Shown one piece after another: positions 48,065 to 57,749 of a DNA stretch of 64,000 nt. This DNA comes from a virus. The translations under genes were made by a program, and so were the position numbers. The notes beneath the pieces were generated by a model. It ran no database searches. It saw only the letters and a program-made list of their open reading frames with translations, and was not told where the DNA came from. Positions within the stretch are counted from its first letter, which is position 1; each line of letters opens with the position of its first letter. The stretch lies in IMG/VR virus record IMGVR_UViG_3300004806_000016. The stretch is one strand, 5' to 3'.

Positions 48065-48510
48065 AAGCATTCAGCGTGGTGGTATTCGACATCGACGGAA
48101 CGATCGCCAACAACGAACACCGTCGCAAATGGCTTGAACAATCTCCAAAGGACTGGAAGCGGTACAACGAGGGGATGGCTGAGGACGGGGTTTACCACGA
48201 CATCGTTCACCTGATGTCCCAGCTCTACTACAACAACAAGATCATCCTTTGCACTGGTCGCGAGGAGACTTTCCGCGAAGTTACTGAAGAGTGGCTGGAA
48301 AAGAACGATATATCTGAGTACGTCGACGACATCTACATGCGTCCTGCTAAGGACTACCGCTCAGACGCAATCGTCAAAGTAGAGCTGCTAAAAAAGATCA
48401 CTTATGACTATGCCAGTCCATGGCTCTGGATCGACGATCGTCAGCAGGTTGTCGATGCAATCCGTGCTGAGGGGATCCGTGTCCTTCAGGTTGCTCCAGG
48501 AGACTTCTGA
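48061..48510 (+). CDS. Stand-alone polynucleotide 3'-phosphatase (PseT C-terminal HAD domain)
   Basis: FDIDGT, TGR, MR...D.R.D..VK, DDR.QVV and QVA.GDF motifs. Confidence 0.85.
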   Translation: MKAFSVVVFDIDGTIANNEHRRKWLEQSPKDWKRYNEGMAEDGVYHDIVHLMSQLYYNNKIILCTGREETFREVTEEWLEKNDISEYVDDIYMRPAKDYRSDAIVKVELLKKITYDYASPWLWIDDRQQVVDAIRAEGIRVLQVAPGDF

Positions 48511-48659
48511 TGGCTAGATTATTATCAATCAAATGGATTGGCTTTGCGGGTCATCCTCGTGATTGGTTTTATTGGAACATCAGTAGGTTCAATTCTGGTT
48601 ATCCTTATACTAGTTATAGGTTGGGTCCATTCTTAATTAAGAGATGGTGGAGGTGAGTG

Positions 48660-51290
48660 ATGGGAATGTTTGATAAGCCAAAGAAATATAAGATCGACTT
48701 GATCCAGGACAGCGACACCAAGGAGATCGTCTATGGGTTGTATGTCTGGAGAAACTCTCTGGGTGGATACTACGACCTGCGATTCGTGTTTCACTCGGAA
48801 CAAAAGGCTAGGGACTTCGTCGAAAAGTGGAAAGAGTTTCCAAAGTACTTTGATGCGGAAAAGTGATGGATCGAGACGAATTTTATAAATTGGTCAATCC
48901 CGTAAGGATGCTGATATGCAACAAGATGTATGAGCACGCTTATCAGAGAATTATTGACTTGACTAAAATGAAGATATACGTTATAGTTAATGATGATGGT
49001 TACAACGAGTGGAAAAGAAAACAATGAACGAGCGTATCAAAGAACTTTGGGAACAATCTCGAACTTCTGGAGTTCATCCTAAGTTTGGGGTTTATGACAA
49101 ATACAGTGTAGAAAAGTTTGCCGAGTTGATTGTCAGGGAATGTGCCAGAGTTGAAAGCGAAATGAACAATCCAGATCATGTCGATGGCAAGTCGTTTAAT
49201 TAAACGATCTTGGAACACTTCGGAGTTAAATAATGTTTCACATAAGAGAAGAAGGCGAAACTACTAAAACAGGATTTAATTTTTATCCGCTTAAAAGTAG
49301 CCAACTTGGGTTTGTATTTAAGCTGGGCAATTTTGTTGGTTATTTTATTGGCTGAAAGATAGAGTAGTAAAAAATGATGACTGAAGATGAAATATTAGAA
49401 TCGCTAAAGGCAGCTGCCCGCACTATTGGAATTCATACTTTTACGATCATGCTTCACGAATATCACGGTCGAACAGAACAGGCGGAAATTGTCCGTGGGC
49501 AAAAACAAAAACTAGAAGATCAACTGCGTAGAAGAATTGAGTTATTCTATGTGATGAAGGAGATAGAGTGATGAACCAGCGTATCAAAGAACTTGCCAAA
49601 CAGGCTGGGTTTGCTATGGAAATTGATAATGATCCTAATAGCCCACCAGGATGGTGGGGTGCTGGACATAATCCAACATTTGAAAAGTTTGCCAAGTTGA
49701 TCATCGCCGATCTTGACAAGGTGTTGACGGATAACTTCTATGGTGATCCACATGAGATACCAGACTTCATCGAAGATGTAAAGAAACATTTTGGAGTTGA
49801 AGAATGAACGAGTATAAAGTAAAATTTCCCGAACAATATAAAACATTGGAGTCAGTGGCTCAGACAATTGGAATAAACATGCTCCAGATTAGGATACATG
49901 AACTTGAGGGACTTACGGAAGAAGCTGAAAAAATTAGGTCATTCAATACCGCAACAGTAGAATTTATGGAATATCTAATTAAAAATTATATTGAGACCAA
50001 AAACAAGTGATGACAATAGATTATGAACAACAATTTGAAGATATAATAGAAAGCATTTTTGAAGCGGGGCGCGATGATGCAGAAGAAGCACTTCGCATTC
50101 TAATTCGTCATGGTATGCATGATGGAGAGCATCACAAGATGTGGGTGATAGATCAGGCTGTCCGTGCATTGGCTGGTGGTTACTATGAAGAACTAATCGC
50201 AGCTGCAAATGGCGGTGAAGATGGTCCGGAAACATATTCATGGGATGTAGGAATTGCTCCATGAGTGAAGATGCTGGTAAGCCAAAATACGATGTAGTCC
50301 TCTATACTTTGCAGAAACGCTACGACAAGTTAGATGCGATGGATAAGAACACAAACGTGTTTGGCATTATGCAACAGATTCGTATGGAACATTGCTATCA
50401 GTTGCAGAAAGCGATGAATATGTGGAAGAAATACAAAGAAGAACATCCTGAGGAGTTTGATTATGAATAGACGTGGATTATTTGCAGCACTTGCACTGGC
50501 GCCTGTTATGGCTGTCGAGGCATTTGCAAAGCCAAAGCCCGAGGGCGAGCCTCACAGTTCACAAAACTCTCTTGTATTGTCAGGAACTAAAAAACAAACC
50601 AAACCTGCTGTTAGTAGTGCAAATGGTATGTTTTTAACATTGGATGGCGGCTGGGGCGCCAATGATCCAGACAAACAGGTTTCAATGGCTGTCGGTCAAG
50701 ATGGCAATCTTTGGTTGAAGTCCAAGGGTGGCGATTGGAAGCGTGTGGTGACAGAATGAAAGTATACATTGATGACTACAATGTGATGTGGTGTGGAACA
50801 GATGATATTCCCCGTGGTGTCGGTGACCACACCAATATTATTGATTGGGACCTTGTTAAGGATACTGATTGGGAAGCATGTAGCTACGGTAAAGACTACA
50901 AGCCTCCGATTGCAGAAATATCTGAAGAAGACTACGCTAAGTTCCACGAGGCATGTGAGACGATCAATCAAATTATAGATAAAGTATATCAACTGAGAAC
51001 AGAGTATTGTGATGCGGAAGATTAATGTAACAAAAAGAACCATGACCCTTGAAGAAGAGGAGCGGCTGTATGGCTACCTCGAGGGTAAACACTGTGCTCT
51101 CGACGAGCAGCGTGATGGTGCAAATTTCTATATGAATATGCAGATGTGGTTCAGCGGTAACAGGAATATCTGGCGTTCCTTCCGCGAGGGCTACCTGAAA
51201 CACACCAAGGGTCGTGCTCCAAGGAAATTTGACCAGAGCTGGCGTAACGTTCCTCGCCCAGCCAATCCCCCAGCTGTAGGAAGCTTCTGA
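48660..51290 (+). other. Cluster of small hypothetical ORFs, including two paralog pairs and a Tat-signal protein
   Basis: Packed ORFs at 48660, 49024, 49374, 49571, 49804, 50007, 50261, 50463, 50756 and 51009. Confidence 0.55.
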
Positions 51291-51679
51291 TGAGAGAAGA
51301 TCTGATGGTCCAGCAACAGATTGATGGCCCATGGCAACATATGGTCGGAGTCATGATGCTGAACCTGACTGATCGAAAGGTAGTAAAACAGATACTGCCA
51401 CAGTTTCTTGAACGCTGGCCAACACCAGAGGCTCTACTTCGCAGCCGCATCATTGATATAGAAGAGATGATTAAGCCTCTGGGCCTCTACCGTCGGCGTG
51501 CAAAGGCGATCTATCGGATGAGCATAGACTTCCTAAGCTGGGATGGTAAGGACGCTACACAGCTTCATGGTATCGGTCAGTATGGTTCGGAGAGTTATCG
51601 CATCTTCTTTCTTGGCGAGACCCTCGAGCCACAAGATAAGGAATTAAAAAAATACATGCTTGACATTAATACCAAATGA
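51290..51679 (+). CDS. HhH-GPD DNA glycosylase (MBD4-like, minimal)
   Basis: PWQ......MLN.T, WPTP, PLGL..RR, LHGIG.YG and P.DKEL motifs. Confidence 0.85.
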   Translation: MREDLMVQQQIDGPWQHMVGVMMLNLTDRKVVKQILPQFLERWPTPEALLRSRIIDIEEMIKPLGLYRRRAKAIYRMSIDFLSWDGKDATQLHGIGQYGSESYRIFFLGETLEPQDKELKKYMLDINTK

Positions 51680-51864
51680 GGGTATGATGTTGAAATGATG
51701 AAACATGACCTTATCCCAATGATCGTTCTCTACTGTCGCGCCAAGAATCTGATCCTGAGTGATTATCTCCAGGGTCTCTTTGGTGGTTTGACTGATGAGA
51801 ATATGCCCAAAAATTTCCTCGCGATGCAGCTGAAGTATCACGAGGATTGGTTAAACAAAGGTGT

Positions 51865-52554
51865 ATGATGTTTGATAAACCTACGGCTGAGTTTTTCGAG
51901 ACTCTTGGTCAGTACGTATACATGTATAGCAGCAAAGATGAGATACTGTATATTGGCAAGGGTGTAAACGATCGTTGCCTCTTTCATCTAAAGGACAAAG
52001 GTTTTGAATATGAAGACTGCTATATAGTCGGTCGTAATCTTGAGAGCTTTAATGATAAACCATCACTACTGTTTGAATCTTATCTGATTAAGAACTATAA
52101 TCCAACCCATAATGCAGTTTCTGGCCATTACAAGGAGTGTTTCGATATGGTCTCTCTTGCCTCTCTCTATTCTGAATTTAAATCTACACAACACGATAAC
52201 TTCGAAACTCTGCCCGATTGGTATATTGAAGACTATCATCTAATCAAGGGCAACATTAGGGAAGTATCGATAGCAAAAGATAAATTCACTGTAATAAGTA
52301 CTGCTAATTCTGGCGTTTATATTCATATCATTGTATCTTCTGTTGATAGTTCCACTCAAGTTCTTCTTGAGATGTCAAACTATTTTACCAATAAACCAAA
52401 TAAAATTATTGAAACTAGAGAGAAACTCTTTCATTGGCTCAAAGCCTGTGGTAAAAAAGAAATAACTGAAGATAAGAATCAGTTAAAAATTTATGTTAAC
52501 TGCGATTCTCCTAACGAAGCTGCTGTCCTCTTTTCTGAATTTTTTGGAGTCTGA
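51865..52554 (+). CDS. GIY-YIG domain protein
   Basis: YVY......ILYIGKG...R...H and E..LI motifs. Confidence 0.65.
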   Translation: MMFDKPTAEFFETLGQYVYMYSSKDEILYIGKGVNDRCLFHLKDKGFEYEDCYIVGRNLESFNDKPSLLFESYLIKNYNPTHNAVSGHYKECFDMVSLASLYSEFKSTQHDNFETLPDWYIEDYHLIKGNIREVSIAKDKFTVISTANSGVYIHIIVSSVDSSTQVLLEMSNYFTNKPNKIIETREKLFHWLKACGKKEITEDKNQLKIYVNCDSPNEAAVLFSEFFGV

Positions 52555-52556
52555 TC

Positions 52557-53144
52557 ATGCCTAATTGGTGTTATAACTATGCTACCTTCTCTCATAAAGA
52601 TCCAGAACAGGTCAAGCGTCTGGTAAATGCTGTTAAAGAACACAATCTCTTTACCGAGTTTGTTCCCTGCCCATCTGAGATTATGGAACATGTTGAAGAG
52701 GGCGAGAATTATAATGAACGATGCGAGGCTAAAGCTAAGAGTAATCTAGAGAAGTATGGTTACTCTGGCTGGTATGACTGGAACTGTGGTAACTGGGGAA
52801 CTAAGTGGGATATCGGCAATCCTGATGTCTATGAAGAGAGTGATGGCTCAGCTGTATGCTCTTTTGATACTGCTTGGGGACCTCCGATTGCTTTCTATGA
52901 AAAGATGGTAGACATGGGCTGGGAAGTCGATGCCGAATATACAGAAGAGGGTATGGGGTTCGTTGGTTACTTTACAAATGAAGAGGGTGACGAATGTTTT
53001 GACTTAAACTTTGATGCTTTTGACGAAGATTGGAAAGATAATTTTCCCGAGCGTCTTCATGAACGTATTCAATATCAGTATGATGACTGGTTAGAATGGC
53101 AGGAAGAAGAGAATAAAACATTTAAAGATGAGATTGGGTGTTAA
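52557..53144 (+). CDS. DUF1281/YubB ferredoxin-like protein
   Basis: MPNWC.N, WYDW...NWGTKWD and FDTAW.PP motifs. Confidence 0.8.
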   Translation: MPNWCYNYATFSHKDPEQVKRLVNAVKEHNLFTEFVPCPSEIMEHVEEGENYNERCEAKAKSNLEKYGYSGWYDWNCGNWGTKWDIGNPDVYEESDGSAVCSFDTAWGPPIAFYEKMVDMGWEVDAEYTEEGMGFVGYFTNEEGDECFDLNFDAFDEDWKDNFPERLHERIQYQYDDWLEWQEEENKTFKDEIGC

Positions 53145-53146
53145 GA

Positions 53147-54268
53147 ATGGCTCGTCGTCCAGCATTAATTAAACGAAAAGCAAAGACCGTTCGAAAGACT
53201 CATAGTGAGGTTTTCCTGGTCAATCGTAAATATCTGGGCGACGAGCCTGAGAATGTGGTTACTCGCGCAGATCTTCTCAATGCTACCAACTGGTATGGTA
53301 TCATGTGCGACCGAGAGGATGCTCGCGAGTACTTACATACTTGGCTGATGGAGGTAGGTCAGGGAGAACTGGCCAAGGGTATCAAAAAGATTCCTGATAC
53401 CTGGATTCCCTTTCATGTGGCTTGGCAGTGCCGTATCGCCAGTAAACATAAGAGAGTCCTTGAGGCTGATGCTTATGACCGCATGATTCGCGACATCAAG
53501 TATGCGATCTCTAAGGGTTCAAATGATGAGCCTGAGGAAAAACCAAAGGCAGCTGTCGTATCTATTCAGGATCGCATGCGCGAGAAGCTCAGTGATATCA
53601 TTGGTGATATTGAGGCTCTGATTGATTCAGGCGAAACATTTTCATTATACGACTGGCTAAAGACCAACGAGGTTCCAGCTGCGTATGCCTCTAAGATTGC
53701 TGACTATTATCGTCCCATCGAGACAGAGATGCGTCTAGCATTGATTCCTAAAGGTCAGGATGGTTATCTAGATGGGTATGAGAACTGGACCAAGTTACAG
53801 ATCCGTGCACGAGCTGAGTTTTATGGCAAGATTATGTCAGATGCTGAACGCTACGGTGATGTGACTAAGAAGGTTCGTAAGCCTCGCAAGCCTCGTGCAG
53901 TATCGGTTGACAAGAAGCTGCAGCACCTTCGCTACCTAAAGGAGAGCAATGAGTTTAAGCTCGCATCAGTAGCTCCAGAGAAGATCCTCGGAGCCTCAGA
54001 GGTCTGGTTGTTTAATGTGAAGTATAAGGTCTTTACAGTCCTTCGAGCACTAGACCGTGGCGGTCTTGATGTGAATAGGTCAACCATCACAAAATATGAC
54101 GAGAAAACCAGTCAGTCTAAGAAGGGCGGACGTAAGCCAGAATTGGTGCTTGACAAAATCCAGAATGGAGGTAAGATAATGCTAAGGAAAGTCTTAGACG
54201 ATCTTAAGCCAGACGGAAAGATTCAAGATCGTCTTAACGAACATGTAATTATTTTGAAGGTCGTATGA
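53147..54268 (+). CDS. Conserved T4-like hypothetical protein
   Basis: SIQDRM, KVRKPRK and L.SV.PEKI.GA motifs. Confidence 0.75.
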   Translation: MARRPALIKRKAKTVRKTHSEVFLVNRKYLGDEPENVVTRADLLNATNWYGIMCDREDAREYLHTWLMEVGQGELAKGIKKIPDTWIPFHVAWQCRIASKHKRVLEADAYDRMIRDIKYAISKGSNDEPEEKPKAAVVSIQDRMREKLSDIIGDIEALIDSGETFSLYDWLKTNEVPAAYASKIADYYRPIETEMRLALIPKGQDGYLDGYENWTKLQIRARAEFYGKIMSDAERYGDVTKKVRKPRKPRAVSVDKKLQHLRYLKESNEFKLASVAPEKILGASEVWLFNVKYKVFTVLRALDRGGLDVNRSTITKYDEKTSQSKKGGRKPELVLDKIQNGGKIMLRKVLDDLKPDGKIQDRLNEHVIILKVV

Positions 54269-55060
54269 TGAAACCAGTAAATAAGTTTTTTGATGATGAG
54301 CATATCGCAAAGATTGAAGAAAAATACAATGCTAAGTATGTCATTGATACTTGTCTTAAATCTCTGGGCGGTTCTTGGGTAAATTCTCCTGCTGCAATTT
54401 TTTATACAGAAGAACCACACCCTGAAGGCTCAAACTACATGGCTCTGTATTGGTCAGATATTCACAATGGGTGGATGATCACGAATGCTATCAAAGCTAT
54501 CGAGGGTCAGTTTGGTGGCTTTCTGTTTGAAGATGGTGAGCTAGTCCATAGTCGTTTTCGGCACGATTGTTTCGTTCATCGCGGAGCAATGGTAGATGGT
54601 GGTCGTGACTACTTTAAATCGTCTGCAAATGTTGAAGGCGCAAGACGAATTAGTTTTAAAATTGAAAAAGATCAGATTGTAGAGGTGCAAAATGAAAGAG
54701 CTGCTTGATGCTTATTACCAAGAACGCCGCCAGAATGAAGCTCTGAAAGGCAATATCGCATTGCTACAGGCTGAGCTGAAGCGTGTTAAAGAAAACTACG
54801 ACTATGTTGTTCATATGAGCCAGAACTATAAAGATATTAGCGAAGAAGAAAAACAGGCTGAAATTGATGAAGGAAAAATTGCCGTCCATAATATATCGAA
54901 ACCAAAATATGTTATTGGTTCTGGCGCAGTTCCTTTCTCAGTAACTGGTGTTGATGCCAGCCAGCATGCACCTAAAGGAAACATCAATACTAGCTTGGTT
55001 GATTATGAGTATGATACTGGTCATGTAATTCCTCGTGACGATTCACATAATTGGGGTTGA
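54265..55060 (+). other. Two hypothetical ORFs (54265-54708, 54692-55060)
   Basis: The first has SRFRHD...VDGGRDY; ORFs are coupled. Confidence 0.6.
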
Positions 55061-55214
55061 TATGATTCCTAGCTGGTATAAAATCTACACACGCATCATT
55101 GACAATACTATAAAGATAGTTTGGTTGATATTACTGATAACATGGCTGCTTGATGGCGCCAAATTGCTTGTAAAATAACTTGACTTTTTACCCAATGTAG
55201 GCTATAAATAATAT

Positions 55215-55530
55215 GCGATGGTCGTTGACGTTATACGGCATAAGCACACTGGACTCGGGGGCGGTACCCGACGCCTCCACCATAGATACATGGTGCTGTT
55301 ACCAATTAAGGTGTAAGGATGCCATCAAAAAGAACGTACAGCTCCGTTCTGGCAAATCGTCATCATGTATCTTTGCTGGGGGCGAAATAGGATCGACAGG
55401 TGTGATAAAGGTATTACTGAGATCATAGCAAACGTCATAGATGCAAACGATAATGCACCTATCGCTATGGCACTAGCTGCCTAAGCATGAGCTTTTGGTA
55501 GTTTTGGCTTGGAAACAGAACAAAACTACC
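55215..55530 (+). ncRNA. ssrA: Two-piece (circularly permuted) tmRNA
   Basis: Acceptor piece ends ...TCGGG-GGCGGTA-CCCGA-CGCCTCC-ACCA (55282). Coding piece starts GGGGGCGAAATAGGATCGAC (55378), giving the G3-U pair. Tag ANDNAPIAMALAA at 55443-55484; 3' hairpin at 55497-55530. Confidence 0.93.
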
Positions 55531-55531
55531 G

Positions 55532-55987
55532 TCAATAACAACTTCGTTGATGTAATACTAATCCATTAACTGAAATTATTTTTTTACAATTCAAACAACA
55601 TACCTTTTTTTGTTGTTTTCCTTGCATTGGATTTTTACCATTTCGGCTTTGTTCTTTTCTTTTTTCTATTAAATGTTCTTTCATTCCAGGCATTTTCCAC
55701 ATATTTAATATTTTATTTTTTTGTTGTTCTTTATTTTTAGGTAATTTATTCATATGCCAAGAATTTCTTTTACCATTTTCCGACATGGTTAACGATATAA
55801 TTTTTTCTTTATCTATCATTTTAGATAAACCAAGCCAAGCAATTCTATCGTATTCATTACCATGTTGTTCCCATAATTTTTTGTGCGCTTCTGCGTGCTC
55901 TTCTACAGTTAAAAGAACAATATTAGATGGATCGTCCGATCCACCAGCGTGTTTAGGAATTATGTGATGTTTGTGATAAATAACCAT
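55532..55987 (-). mobile_element. Free-standing HNH homing endonuclease
   Basis: HHIIPKHAGGSD..SN...LT..EH..AH motif, NPM.GK and a C-terminal Cys motif; AT-rich; opposite strand; own TATAAATA. Confidence 0.85.
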
Positions 55988-56076
55988 GCTGTGTTTCCTT
56001 TCTAACATAGAGTCAGTGGGATTGCCCTCCGCGACTGACAATATTATTTATAATATATTATCTTCAAGGAACCAAA

Positions 56077-56259
56077 ATGCAAAAGTTAGCACAATTTATT
56101 AGCGATTTTCACCATAAGATGTTTGCTTATGTTTCTGAACGTGCAAAGGCGAGCATATGGTTCGCTATCCTTCTTTCATTCATGGCACTGTATGAAGTGT
56201 TTGAACATATCGTAATACCAGCTGCTCTATTGGTTTGGGCTTGGATGTCATGGTCATAA
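56077..56259 (+). CDS. Small membrane protein
   Basis: AAGGA RBS; hydrophobic; YE..EH motif. Confidence 0.55.
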   Translation: MQKLAQFISDFHHKMFAYVSERAKASIWFAILLSFMALYEVFEHIVIPAALLVWAWMSWS

Positions 56260-56364
56260 CTCTATCAACCTGTGGACCTATCGTTTTCGATACCATGTTT
56301 TGGTTATCTCTTGGGTTTTTTGTTACGACAGCAAGTCTTATAATCTTCGAAAAATACTTTTAAT

Positions 56365-56441
56365 GGTCTCTTAGCTCAGCAGGATAGAGCAACAGCCTTC
56401 TAAGCTGTGGGTCGCTGGTTCGAATCCAGCAGAGATCGCCA
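56365..56441 (+). tRNA. tRNA-Arg (anticodon TCT)
   Basis: Canonical cloverleaf; ACAGC-CTTCTAA-GCTGT; CCA end. Confidence 0.95.
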
Positions 56442-56456
56442 TTATTCCTAGTTAAA

Positions 56457-56533
56457 GCTCGGGAAGCATAAGCGGTATATGCCTGCGTCTCATAAACGTA
56501 TTATAGTGGGTTCGAGTCCCACACCGAGCACCA
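56457..56533 (+). tRNA. tRNA with CAT anticodon (Met or lysidine-Ile)
   Basis: TGCGT-CTCATAA-ACGTA; GTGGG-TTCGAGT-CCCAC; CCA end; G7-A66 mismatch and A at position 8. Confidence 0.85.
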
Positions 56534-56570
56534 TTTTTTCGCTACCCCTACCATCATCAAAGGAGCAGTA

Positions 56571-56795
56571 ATGAAATTTGCATTCGACGTCGTTAAGTTT
56601 AATAATGAGATAGACAAGATGTGTAGAAACAATGTCGATTACATTGACGCAGTCGTAACTTGGTGCGAGAGAAACAATGTTGATGTAGAAGTTCTTGCTG
56701 GTGTAATCAAGAAAGATCCCGTAATTAAATCTAAACTTCAGGCTGATGCTGAGAATCTTAATTTCCTCAAAGGTGGAGCTAAGTTGCCGATATGA
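56571..56795 (+). CDS. 33: Late transcription coactivator
   Basis: YIDAV...CE.N..D.E, K.KL...AE.LNFLK motifs; position before gp59. Confidence 0.85.
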   Translation: MKFAFDVVKFNNEIDKMCRNNVDYIDAVVTWCERNNVDVEVLAGVIKKDPVIKSKLQADAENLNFLKGGAKLPI

Positions 56796-57085
56796 TTGCA
56801 AAAGTAAAAGAAGTTGAATGCAGTCTTGATGATTTTGACGATTGGGATCTGAAAGACGAATTACAATCTCGTGGTTATGTTATTGATGGAGATCTTTCTG
56901 ATTTTGAGGATTGGGAGATCTACGAAGAATTCGAGAAACGTAGACTTGGTAAACCCATTGAACCACTCGAAGATGCAATCTTTAAACTTTATGAAGAATG
57001 GTTAGCAGATGAAGGTGATAACGATCGTCGTTTTGATAAAGCACTGCGAGCATTTTTCTCAAAACAACTTGATAAGAATTTATGA
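56792..57085 (+). CDS. Hypothetical acidic protein
   Basis: Coupled ORF; two L.DF.DW repeats. Confidence 0.6.
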   Translation: MIAKVKEVECSLDDFDDWDLKDELQSRGYVIDGDLSDFEDWEIYEEFEKRRLGKPIEPLEDAIFKLYEEWLADEGDNDRRFDKALRAFFSKQLDKNL

Positions 57086-57666
57086 TGTCAGCATTTGAAT
57101 GTTATAAAGAATATCTTGCTCTGAAGAACCACTTCACCAAGCCAAGTTATGATTACTTCAAATATGCAGGTAAAAGCAGAGTTTCTTTTGACTCTTTTGA
57201 GAAGAGAAAAGATAAACTATACTTTATGAAGGTCGCCAAACACACTGACCCAGTAAACTATATTTTGTCTAATCTCCTTGTGAACGAGAAAACTTGGATA
57301 AAAGAAATTGCATATTCTTCAACAGCCGAACAGATCTATCAGGATTGGCTGAAGCGTAAAGAATCACTTACCTACAATTTTACAAACGAACTATCTAAAT
57401 TAGATGAGGATTTCAATTCTAATTTTAAGATAAAAGACAACAGTCACCCACTGTTGCTGAAACTTTATCTTCGTAATGAAGTTTCTCTTGAGACCCTGAT
57501 CATACTGGCAGATATGGTTCAGTGTATGGTATACTGGAATAAGAAGATGGAATATGATCCGTCTTGGGCAAGCATCTCAACTAAGATTATCAAGTATAGA
57601 CCATTCTTAAACTACGACAGAGAAAAGTTTAAGAAGATAGTACTTGACAAATTTAGCGATGTTTAG
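57082..57666 (+). CDS. 59: Helicase loader
   Basis: YLALK.HF....YDYFKY.GK, F.KR.D and SLETL motifs. Confidence 0.9.
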   Translation: MMSAFECYKEYLALKNHFTKPSYDYFKYAGKSRVSFDSFEKRKDKLYFMKVAKHTDPVNYILSNLLVNEKTWIKEIAYSSTAEQIYQDWLKRKESLTYNFTNELSKLDEDFNSNFKIKDNSHPLLLKLYLRNEVSLETLIILADMVQCMVYWNKKMEYDPSWASISTKIIKYRPFLNYDREKFKKIVLDKFSDV

Positions 57667-57680
57667 TATACTAAATAAAC

Positions 57681-57749
57681 TTGAGCGTTATACTGCTCAA
57701 TTAAACAATACTGTCAATACGATTAATACTAACAATACGGAGAATACAA
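57681..57749 (+). promoter_or_regulatory. Probable gp32 translational autoregulatory leader
   Basis: Hairpin TTGAGC/GCTCAA, then AATAC five times at exact 9-nt spacing across the RBS. Confidence 0.65.

Noticed and set aside
49201-49203. Stop-codon reassignment
   Set aside because: Only one in-frame stop case was found; all three stops end conserved genes normally and no suppressor tRNA is present.
55213-55428. 71-aa ORF in the track
   Set aside because: It overlaps the tmRNA, which explains the sequence.
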